This document shows, in pieces, positions 9,970 to 18,156 of a stretch of DNA of 64,000 nt; within the stretch, counting starts at the first letter, position 1, and each line of letters starts with the position of its first letter. Position numbers and translations under genes: made by a program. This stretch comes from Alistipes sp. GTDB lineage: Bacteria; Bacteroidota; Bacteroidia; Bacteroidales; Rikenellaceae. Location: contig JAFXHE010000003.1 in NCBI GenBank assembly GCA_017536555.1, forward strand, positions 88,662 to 152,661, given 5' to 3'. The notes below the pieces were generated by a model, which was given only the letters and a program-made list of their open reading frames with translations, was not told the origin of the DNA and searched no databases.

Positions 9970-11889
9970 CTAATTTACGTCGATGATAAAACTTGGTCTA
10001 TACATCTCAAGCGACCACTCGGTGTTTACATACATACCATCCCTAAACTCAAAGCGATAGGTTGTAGCAAGCGGCTTAATGAGCTGTGTTGTTATGTCAT
10101 CAAGACCTGTAAACATACGTCTACAGAATATTATAGCAGCATCATAACCTCGATACGAGAACATCGTAGGCAGAGTCTTATATGCCTTGATGTAGCGAGC
10201 ATCAAAGCTGCGGATGATGCTCTCGCTACGCTTGGCGTGATATGGCACAAGAAATGCCGTATTGTTACGGAAGAACGACTGACGCTCGATATTATCCAAT
10301 CGTGCCCACTTACGGTTACCGATTACCATATAGTCTCCAATGATAGCACCACGATCCACTATCGACGACTTTGTCGATGCCAACGTGGTCAATATGCGGT
10401 CTATGTCGGTATCCTTATCTGCCACAACAAAAAATGTCTTGGGGGTACTGCTGCGCAACAACGCCTTGATATCCACCAGTGCGCCCCTCTCGCCATTAGC
10501 TCCACGCTGATAGAAGTATGGCTCACGGTTAAATGCGAAGATAAGGTCGCGCGACTCTCTCTCGCCCAACAACGCCTTAATCTCCTCGACGTATGCCATA
10601 TCATTGGTTGCAGCATAGATGGTGATTATCTCGCGGCTACTATCCAAGAATGGCTCAAACTTCGTAAACTCAAAATCATTCTCCGACTGCATCTGGAATA
10701 GCACAGGGCTACTCAACGACTCTATGTCCGCAAGAGGTGATACTACGGGGATGTTATTATCCTCGGCGTGACCAAGCACGTGGCGTAGCTCCTCCTCGTA
10801 GACAGGGCCTATAATCAGCTGCGCATCGAGCATAGCCTCCTCGTATGCCACGATATCTTTGATGCGTGCAGCACTATTCTCGGTATCAAACACCGTAAGA
10901 TCCACAGAGTAGCCATCCGCCTTAAGATCCTCCATCGCCAGCAACACTCCACGATAGAAGTCTACATAGTTAGGGTTAACCTTCTGACGCATATGGAAGG
11001 GCAACATAACCACCGCCTTAAGCGTATTATTTGCACCCAAACGCACAAACTCCACGTCGACAGGCTCCGTAGCAAGGCTATCAGCAATACCGCCATCGCC
11101 ATAGAGGTATGCATAGGCCTCATCACGTCGCATCAGCGAGTCGATGATATGGGGCAGAGTACTAATATCGATATTATCGTCACTATTTATCTCGGCAGAG
11201 TCCGCCGAAATGCGTATTAGCATACCTGCACGCAGCTCCGATGCATCGTTGAGGTCATTCCACATAAGCAGTTCACCCTCGCTAATAGAGTAACGGCGTG
11301 ACAGCGAATAGATGGTCTCTCCAGGCTGCACAAGATGCTGACCAACACCCACGCTATCGCTGCGCTCACCGTCTCGTGCTGCACGCTCGCGCTCGATCTG
11401 GCGCGCCGACGTGAAGCCCATCTCGGAGCGACGTATGCGTAGTTGCTCCCCTATACTCAAATTCTGGGCATCGACACCCTCGTTATCCGCCTCAATGATG
11501 GCAGGGCTAATCTTATAGCTCTTGGCTATTGAGTAGAGTGTCTGCCCCTTCTCCACGATGTGTATGCGGAAATCCTTATCTATGACCTCCGCTGTCTGCG
11601 TCTTACGACTGCGTTTTGCATCTCGCTTTGACGGTTCAACAACGGGGATATAAATCTTTTCGCCCAACGACAGACTCTCAGGGACAAGATTCTCATTGCA
11701 ATCAATAATCTGCTGCTCGCTCACACCATAAGCACGAGCAAGCGAGTAGAGCGTATGACCCTGCTCGATGGTATGTACATAGTAGCGTTTGCCGTTTACC
11801 ACAACAATCTCCGACGACGGCTCGAAGCCCATCGCCACAGTCGTCACAGCCAACATCAAGGCTACCAATATGGTACGCAGTAATCTCAT
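9970..11889 (-). CDS. Secreted LysM-repeat protein with C-terminal periplasmic-binding-protein-like domain
   Basis: Signal peptide; three LysM repeats (GHTLYSLAR, GQTLYSIAK, GETIYSLSR); MLPF...DFYRG...IIGP..., VVSP. Confidence 0.8.
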   Translation of the reverse strand: MRLLRTILVALMLAVTTVAMGFEPSSEIVVVNGKRYYVHTIEQGHTLYSLARAYGVSEQQIIDCNENLVPESLSLGEKIYIPVVEPSKRDAKRSRKTQTAEVIDKDFRIHIVEKGQTLYSIAKSYKISPAIIEADNEGVDAQNLSIGEQLRIRRSEMGFTSARQIERERAARDGERSDSVGVGQHLVQPGETIYSLSRRYSISEGELLMWNDLNDASELRAGMLIRISADSAEINSDDNIDISTLPHIIDSLMRRDEAYAYLYGDGGIADSLATEPVDVEFVRLGANNTLKAVVMLPFHMRQKVNPNYVDFYRGVLLAMEDLKADGYSVDLTVFDTENSAARIKDIVAYEEAMLDAQLIIGPVYEEELRHVLGHAEDNNIPVVSPLADIESLSSPVLFQMQSENDFEFTKFEPFLDSSREIITIYAATNDMAYVEEIKALLGERESRDLIFAFNREPYFYQRGANGERGALVDIKALLRSSTPKTFFVVADKDTDIDRILTTLASTKSSIVDRGAIIGDYMVIGNRKWARLDNIERQSFFRNNTAFLVPYHAKRSESIIRSFDARYIKAYKTLPTMFSYRGYDAAIIFCRRMFTGLDDITTQLIKPLATTYRFEFRDGMYVNTEWSLEMYRPSFIIDVN

Positions 11890-11898
11890 TATAGGTTA

Positions 11899-12669
11899 TT
11901 ATTTTGTGTTTCTCTCTCTTAAACGTATCTCCGTTATCACACGCTTGGTGTATAGCGGAAAATCGCCATTCATCATCCAGGAATAGTAGCTCGGCTCCTT
12001 GCTGAATACCTCCGCAACGCTCATACCCTTATACTTGCCAAAGGTAAATATCTCCTCACCCTTCTCATTGAGGGCTATGCGTCCAGCAAAGTCAACGACC
12101 TCGCCGTGTGTCGAGAACTCCGCCAACTGCTCTACGGTATTGCCAATATCGGGATAACGCTGAATTTGCGCCTCCAACACCTCATAAGTTGCCATCGTAT
12201 CAGCCTCGGCAGAGTGGGCATTCTCAAGATCCTTATCGCAGTAAAACTTATACGCTGCAACCAACGTGCGCTGCTCCTTTTTGTGAAAGATATTCTGCAC
12301 ATCCACAAAACGGCGATTCTTGAAATCTACGTCTACATCTGCGCGCAAGAACTCCTCAACAAGCACCGGTAGGTCGAAGCGATTGGAGTTGAAACCTCCA
12401 AAATCGCAACCCTCAATAAACTTTGCCAACGACTTCGCTATCTGCCTGAATGTAGGCTCCTCCTTAACATCCTCGTCTGTGATGCCGTGCACCGCCGTAG
12501 CCGCCTCGGGAATATGCATCTCGGGGTTTATACGTCGTGTCTTGACAATCTTGCTGCCATCGACACATATCTTGACCATAGATATCTCTACGATACGATC
12601 TTTTGACGTATCTACGCCTGTTGTCTCAAGGTCAAAAAAGACAATCGGACGTTTAAGTTGCAAGTTCAT
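11899..12669 (-). CDS. DnaQ/DEDDh-family 3'-5' exonuclease (Pol III epsilon-like)
   Basis: FFDLETTG, FNSNRFD, HSAEAD motifs; C-terminal FGKYKG; next to dnaN. Confidence 0.88.
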   Translation of the reverse strand: MNLQLKRPIVFFDLETTGVDTSKDRIVEISMVKICVDGSKIVKTRRINPEMHIPEAATAVHGITDEDVKEEPTFRQIAKSLAKFIEGCDFGGFNSNRFDLPVLVEEFLRADVDVDFKNRRFVDVQNIFHKKEQRTLVAAYKFYCDKDLENAHSAEADTMATYEVLEAQIQRYPDIGNTVEQLAEFSTHGEVVDFAGRIALNEKGEEIFTFGKYKGMSVAEVFSKEPSYYSWMMNGDFPLYTKRVITEIRLRERNTK

Positions 12670-12835
12670 AGCTAAATATTTACAGCGTTAAGCATCAACT
12701 GCTCACCACACAAATCATAGAGCGTCTAACGACATTCAAGCATCCAACAATCGCCACATATACTCGCCTACGCCCCTAAAAAAGAGGTCATCACGACCAT
12801 TATAGAGCCTCTTAAGCATTGCTCTACGCTGGGCG

Positions 12836-12964
12836 TTTATCACAGGGAATGAGTTAGCAGCAAGAGTGGTCGGTATTGCACCGCATGGGGACATACCTGA
12901 TGTATCTCCCCACTCGGTGCAATGAGCCAGACATCGCAGATGGCTCTTTATCGCGATAAAATTA
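12836..12964 (-). repeat. Diverged copy of the ~130-bp stop-codon-anchored palindromic element (after dnaN)
   Basis: Begins at dnaN TAA; shares GATAA..CATCTGCG..GCTCATT..TGGG..TAC-N5-GTA..CCCAT with the copies at 24467 and 56478; core hairpin 12875-12923. Confidence 0.7.
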
Positions 12965-14089
12965 TGCGTTAATCATCATCGGCATCAACAACATCAGCAC
13001 CTCGCCGATATGCTTATCATCATACACAGGCTTGAATACACCAGCACGTGTAGAGTCTGCAAGCTCTATCTGCACTGTGGGAGTGTCGATATTTGATAGT
13101 ATCTCAACAAGGAATGTAGACTTAAAGCCAATTGTTACAGGCTGACCGTCATAGCTGCAAGAGATTGTCTCGTTAGCAGATACAGAGAAGTCGATATCCT
13201 GCGCTGCGAGGCTGATGCGGTTGTTAGCGATATCCATTCGGATAAGGTTGGTTGTAGGGTTAGAACATACCGCTACGCGCTTGATGCCATTTACAAGCTC
13301 CACACGGTCAACAAGCACCTTATTAGGGTTAGCTGTGGGGATTACAGCATTATAGTTGGGGTAGTTACCCTCGATAAGACGACACACGAGCTTATGGTTC
13401 TTAAGGTCGAAGATAACATTCTTTGCATCGAATGTAACTCGAATAGGCTCCTCCTCCTTAAGCAGCACGCCCTTAAGCAAGTTTGCAGGCTTCTTGGGCA
13501 AGATGAATGATGCATTGAAATCGACATCTGCACACTCTGCAACAGAGCGTACAAGCTTATGTGCATCGGTAGCGACAAAGGTAAGCTTACCCTCCTCGAA
13601 ATTGAAGTATACACCATTCATTACGGGGCGCAACTCATCATCAGCAGTAGCAAAAATAGTCTTATTGATGCCCGCGATGAGCATATCTACGTCGAGAAGT
13701 ATCTCCTTGTGCTCGGCACCTACGGTCTGCATAGCGGGATAGCTCACTGCGCTTGCACCAGGAATTGAGAGTGAGCCACTTGCCCACTTAACCTTAATCT
13801 CCCAGGTAGTATCGTTAACATCAAACTCCAAAGGCATCTCGGGGAACTCCTTGAGTGAGTCGAGCATAAGCTTTGCGGGGGCAGCGATAACGCCCTCACG
13901 CTCAACACTCTCAACAGTAAGATGACCGATGAGAGTGGTCTCAAGGTCAGAGGTTGTTACTGTGAGTGTCTCCCCCTTAAGCTCGAGTAGGAAGTAGTCG
14001 AGGATGGGGAGTGTGTTTTTGTTGCTGATAGCCTTACCTGTTGTAGCCAACAGTGACTGAAGTGCTGAACTTGATACGGTAAATTTCAT
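12962..14089 (-). CDS. dnaN: DNA polymerase III beta sliding clamp
   Basis: 375 aa; TLPIL, ELRPVMNGV, ATDAHKL, RLIEGNYPNY, LLMPM. Confidence 0.96.
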   Translation of the reverse strand: MKFTVSSSALQSLLATTGKAISNKNTLPILDYFLLELKGETLTVTTSDLETTLIGHLTVESVEREGVIAAPAKLMLDSLKEFPEMPLEFDVNDTTWEIKVKWASGSLSIPGASAVSYPAMQTVGAEHKEILLDVDMLIAGINKTIFATADDELRPVMNGVYFNFEEGKLTFVATDAHKLVRSVAECADVDFNASFILPKKPANLLKGVLLKEEEPIRVTFDAKNVIFDLKNHKLVCRLIEGNYPNYNAVIPTANPNKVLVDRVELVNGIKRVAVCSNPTTNLIRMDIANNRISLAAQDIDFSVSANETISCSYDGQPVTIGFKSTFLVEILSNIDTPTVQIELADSTRAGVFKPVYDDKHIGEVLMLLMPMMINA

Positions 14090-14170
14090 AATCTTTCTGT
14101 TTTATTTTTATTTATTAATTTTTCTACTCTATTGTATGTGCGCTATTTACACAACTCTGCACACGCTCGA

Positions 14171-15046
14171 TTAGAGCGTCGCTAACTTATCGAGTGCCAT
14201 CTCAATCATACGGCGCACAAAGGGCTTATAGTCGGTGCAGGCATCCTTTGCCACGCGTTGCGCAATGATTGTACAGATAGTTGTGGCACGGTGACCCATA
14301 AGTGTTGCTAAACCCGCCAATGCCGAGCCCTCCATCTCAAAGTTGGTTATACGTCGACCCTCGTAGTTGAACGACTCAATCTTCTCGTTCAGATGGATGT
14401 CGTGGGGACGCAGCCTCACCCAGCGGCCCTGTGGAGCATAGAAGCCAGGTGCAGCAATGGTGATACCCTCACGTGTAGACTCCCTAAAGAGCTCCCACAG
14501 TTCCTTGTTGGCATCAATGAAGTAGGGCTTGGGAAGCAAATCATTCCACGCTGTGTGCTCCATAAATGCTCGCTCAATAGCAAGATCGCACACCTCGTTA
14601 CGACCCTCATAGTAGTTGAGCAAGCCATCGAAGCCTACAGACGTACGCGAGAAGACAACCTCTCCTACCTCGATGTCGCGCTGAATAGCACCCGACGTAC
14701 CGAGTCGCACAAGGGTAAGCTGTCTAAACGTTTCCTTTACCTGGCGCGTCTCAAAGTCGATATTAGCGAGAGCATCAAGCTCTGTAACGCATATATCTAT
14801 ATTGCCAATGCCAATACCCGTTGACATTACCGTCATACGCTTGCCCTTATAGCTGCCTGTGACAGTAAGGAACTCGCGGTTTGCCACCTCGCACTCCTTC
14901 TCGTCGAAATACTCGGCAATCATAGCAACACGTCCAGGGTCGCCTACTAAAATAACGACATCCGCCAACTGCTCGGGCTTTAGATGAAGATGGAATATTG
15001 AGCCATCACCGTTGATAATCAACTCGGAAGAGGGTATTATTCTCAT
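14171..15046 (-). CDS. Nucleoside phosphorylase (PNP/UDP family 1, uridine-phosphorylase-like)
   Basis: VGDPGRV, STGIG, RLGTSG, NFEME motifs. Confidence 0.87.
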   Translation of the reverse strand: MRIIPSSELIINGDGSIFHLHLKPEQLADVVILVGDPGRVAMIAEYFDEKECEVANREFLTVTGSYKGKRMTVMSTGIGIGNIDICVTELDALANIDFETRQVKETFRQLTLVRLGTSGAIQRDIEVGEVVFSRTSVGFDGLLNYYEGRNEVCDLAIERAFMEHTAWNDLLPKPYFIDANKELWELFRESTREGITIAAPGFYAPQGRWVRLRPHDIHLNEKIESFNYEGRRITNFEMEGSALAGLATLMGHRATTICTIIAQRVAKDACTDYKPFVRRMIEMALDKLATL

Positions 15047-15174
15047 TGTTGCAACAATTATTATCGTTTTTATTTTTAATATTCGCGTAAAATTAATAAT
15101 TTTGTCGGTAATAGCAAAATGTTTAAGCCATTTTTTGCGTTTTTGATTACATCAAACCAAAAATTATAGATTGT

Positions 15175-16566
15175 ATGACACTTATTAAATCGATATCAGG
15201 CATCCGCGGCACAATAGGCGGCGCACCATCAGACAACCTCACACCAATTGATATTGTCAAGTTTGTCACAGCGTATTCACGCCTTATACAGTCAAAGAGC
15301 CCTAACAAGCGCATTAGCGTTGTAGTAGGTCGTGATGCCCGCCTTTCGGGTGAGCTTGTAGACAACCTCGTAGAGGGCACACTTCTCGGCTGCGGCGTAG
15401 ATGTCATAAATATTGGCATGTGTACCACCCCAGGTACGGAGATGGCTGTCATAACCCACCACGCCGACGGTGGTATCATCATCACCGCATCACACAACCC
15501 CCGCCAGTGGAATGCCCTTAAGCTCCTCAATGAGCGAGGCGAGTTCCTCAATGATGCCGAGGGCAAGCAGGTGCTGGCACTTGCTGAAGATAACAGCTAC
15601 AACTACCCTACCATTGACCACATCGGACACGTCATCCTGCGCGAAGATTTCAACAAGAAGCACATCGAGCAGGTCTTGGCACTTAAGTTGGTGGATAAGG
15701 AGGCTGTGCAGAAGCGCAAGTTTAAGGTTGTTGTAGATGCTGTAAACTCTATCGGTGGCGTTGTCATCCCCGAGTTATTGCGCGAGCTTGGCTGCGAGGT
15801 TGTAGAGCTTAACTGCGACCCCACGGGTGAGTTTGCACACAACCCCGAGCCACTACCCGAGAACCTCACCGAGATAGCAGAGGTCATACGCCGCGAGGGT
15901 GCAGACTTGGGCGTTGTCGTAGACCCCGATGTTGACCGCCTCGCATTTGTAATGGAGAATGGCGAGATGTTTGTCGAGGAGTACACGCTGGTAGCTGTTG
16001 CCGACTATGTACTTCGCCACACCCCAGGCAACACCGTATCTAACCTATCATCGTCACGCGCACTGCGCGACGTTACATCGCGCTATGCGGGATGCACGTA
16101 TGAGGCGGCTGCTGTGGGCGAGGTAAATGTCGTAAGCAAGATGAAGCAGACAGGTGCCGTCATCGGTGGCGAGGGCAACGGTGGCGTAATCTACCCCGAG
16201 CTACACTATGGTCGTGATGCATTAGTTGGTGTTGCTCTCTTTTTGACCTATTTTGCACAGCTCAATATGACTATGTCGGAGCTACGCAAAACATACCCCG
16301 CATACTTCGCTTCAAAGAACAAGATAGAGCTAACGCCAGAGATTGATATTGACAAGATTTTGTCGGAGATAAAGTCAAGATACTCAAATGAGAAGGTCAA
16401 CGACATTGACGGCGTAAAGATTGACTTTGCAGAGAATTGGGTACACCTGCGCAAGTCCAATACCGAGCCTATAATACGTGTCTACACCGAGGCGAAAACA
16501 ATGGCTGAAGCAGACGCTTTAGCAAAGCGTTTTATTTCCGAAATAGAACAAATTTGCAAAGGGTAA
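15175..16566 (+). CDS. glmM: Phosphoglucosamine mutase / phosphohexomutase
   Basis: SISGIRG, ITASHNP phospho-Ser loop, DPDVDR metal loop, GGEGNGG. Confidence 0.85.
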   Translation: MTLIKSISGIRGTIGGAPSDNLTPIDIVKFVTAYSRLIQSKSPNKRISVVVGRDARLSGELVDNLVEGTLLGCGVDVINIGMCTTPGTEMAVITHHADGGIIITASHNPRQWNALKLLNERGEFLNDAEGKQVLALAEDNSYNYPTIDHIGHVILREDFNKKHIEQVLALKLVDKEAVQKRKFKVVVDAVNSIGGVVIPELLRELGCEVVELNCDPTGEFAHNPEPLPENLTEIAEVIRREGADLGVVVDPDVDRLAFVMENGEMFVEEYTLVAVADYVLRHTPGNTVSNLSSSRALRDVTSRYAGCTYEAAAVGEVNVVSKMKQTGAVIGGEGNGGVIYPELHYGRDALVGVALFLTYFAQLNMTMSELRKTYPAYFASKNKIELTPEIDIDKILSEIKSRYSNEKVNDIDGVKIDFAENWVHLRKSNTEPIIRVYTEAKTMAEADALAKRFISEIEQICKG

Positions 16567-16634
16567 AAACCGTATAATTCACATACACGAACCATAAAAC
16601 CGACTAAACATAAAACCTTAAAACAATATCTATT

Positions 16635-18002
16635 ATGAAACTTGCAAACGACTACATTCAGCAAAACAAGGAGAGATTTCTTGAGGAGTTATTCGACCTT
16701 CTGCGCATACCCTCAATCAGCGCACAGCCGTCACTGCACAAGCAGGATATGGTACGTTGCGCCGAGTGGCTGGCTGCAGCCCTTGTAAAGGCAGGTGCTG
16801 ACCGTGCCGAGGTGATGCCCACAGAGGGTAACCCCGTTGTATATGCAGAGAAGATTATCGACCCCAAGGCAAAGACAGTATTGGTATATGGTCACTACGA
16901 CGTTATGCCAGAGGATCCTATCGACGAGTGGAAGACCAACCCATTTGAGCCAGAGATTAAGGATGGTCGCATCTGGTGCCGCGGTGCTGACGATGATAAG
17001 GGTCAGCTCTATATGCACGCCAAGGCTTTTGAGGCTATGGTTGCTACCAACACCCTCCCCTGCAACGTAAAGTTTATGCTTGAGGGTGAGGAGGAGATTG
17101 GCTCACCCAGCCTCTATAAGTTCTGCGCCGACTACAAGAAGTTGCTTAAGGCTGATATCATCCTTGTATCAGATACATCTATGATTGGTCTTGACTGCCC
17201 CACTATCACTGCTGGCTTGCGCGGTTTGACATATATGCAGGTAGAGGTTACTGGCCCCGACAAGGATCTACACTCTGGCTTGTTCGGTGGCGCGGTAGCC
17301 AACCCCGCAAATGTGCTTGCAAAGCTCGTGGCATCACTCACTGATGAGTTTGGTCGCGTAACCATACCTGGCTTCTATGATGATGTTCGCATCCTCACTG
17401 ACGCAGAGCGCAAGGCACTCAACAAGGCTCCGTTCTCACTCGACGAGTACAAGAGGGCTCTTGACCTTGGCGACGTAGCTGGCGAGATTGACTATACCAC
17501 TATGGAGCGCACAGGCATTCGTCCTTCGCTCGACGTAAACGGCATCTGGAGCGGCTACACTGGCGAGGGAACAAAGACTGTTATCCCCTCGAAGGCCTAC
17601 GCAAAGATATCTATGCGTCTTGTACCCAATCAGGACTTCAAGAAGATTGCAAAGCTCTTTGAAAAGCACTTCCGCCGCATCGCTCCCAAGAGCGTAAAGG
17701 TCAAGGTGGAGTTCCTGCACGGTGGCGCGCCCTACGTATCGCCTACCGATATGCCAGCATATAAGGCTGCAGAGAGGGCTGTGGAGACAACCTTCGGCAT
17801 CAAGCCGCTGCCCTTCTACTCTGGTGGCTCAATTCCTATCATCTCTGGATTTGAGAATATCCTTGGCATCAAGTCAATATTGTTGGGCTTTGGTCTGTCG
17901 AAGGACGCTATCCACTCACCTAACGAGAGCTACGGTCTTGACCAGTTCTACAAGGGCTTGGAGACTCTGCCCTACTTCTACAAGTACTTCGCAGAGATGT
18001 AA
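16635..18002 (+). CDS. M20-family dipeptidase
   Basis: YGHYDV, RGADDDKGQ, EGEEEIGS, HSPNE. Confidence 0.9.
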   Translation: MKLANDYIQQNKERFLEELFDLLRIPSISAQPSLHKQDMVRCAEWLAAALVKAGADRAEVMPTEGNPVVYAEKIIDPKAKTVLVYGHYDVMPEDPIDEWKTNPFEPEIKDGRIWCRGADDDKGQLYMHAKAFEAMVATNTLPCNVKFMLEGEEEIGSPSLYKFCADYKKLLKADIILVSDTSMIGLDCPTITAGLRGLTYMQVEVTGPDKDLHSGLFGGAVANPANVLAKLVASLTDEFGRVTIPGFYDDVRILTDAERKALNKAPFSLDEYKRALDLGDVAGEIDYTTMERTGIRPSLDVNGIWSGYTGEGTKTVIPSKAYAKISMRLVPNQDFKKIAKLFEKHFRRIAPKSVKVKVEFLHGGAPYVSPTDMPAYKAAERAVETTFGIKPLPFYSGGSIPIISGFENILGIKSILLGFGLSKDAIHSPNESYGLDQFYKGLETLPYFYKYFAEM

Positions 18003-18025
18003 TAGCACGCTCTTGTGCATTTTAA

Positions 18026-18066
18026 AATGGGTATCGACCACAGAGGTTGATACCCATTATTTGTTT
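18026..18066 (+). terminator. Terminator after the dipeptidase gene
   Basis: AATGGGTATCGACC/GGTTGATACCCATT stem followed by T-rich sequence. Confidence 0.7.
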
Positions 18067-18095
18067 GGCAACGATGCAAAAGGTGGTAATGATGC

Positions 18096-18139
18096 AAAAA
18101 ATAGCCCCGAATGACGCATAATACGTTCACTCGGGGCTA
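18096..18139 (-). terminator. Terminator for the outer-membrane beta-barrel gene
   Basis: TAGCCCCGA/TCGGGGCTA stem; A-run on plus strand gives a U-tract on minus. Confidence 0.65.
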
Positions 18140-18156
18140 CACTCATCACGCAGCGA

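Noticed and set aside
9862-10701. 279-aa plus-strand ORF
   Set aside because: Antisense to rex and the LysM gene; no protein-family features.
14136-14154. Possible Rex operator upstream of dnaN (ATGTG-N9-CACAA)
   Set aside because: Spacing is one base off the TTGTGAA-N4-TTCACAA consensus and the inner bases do not match.
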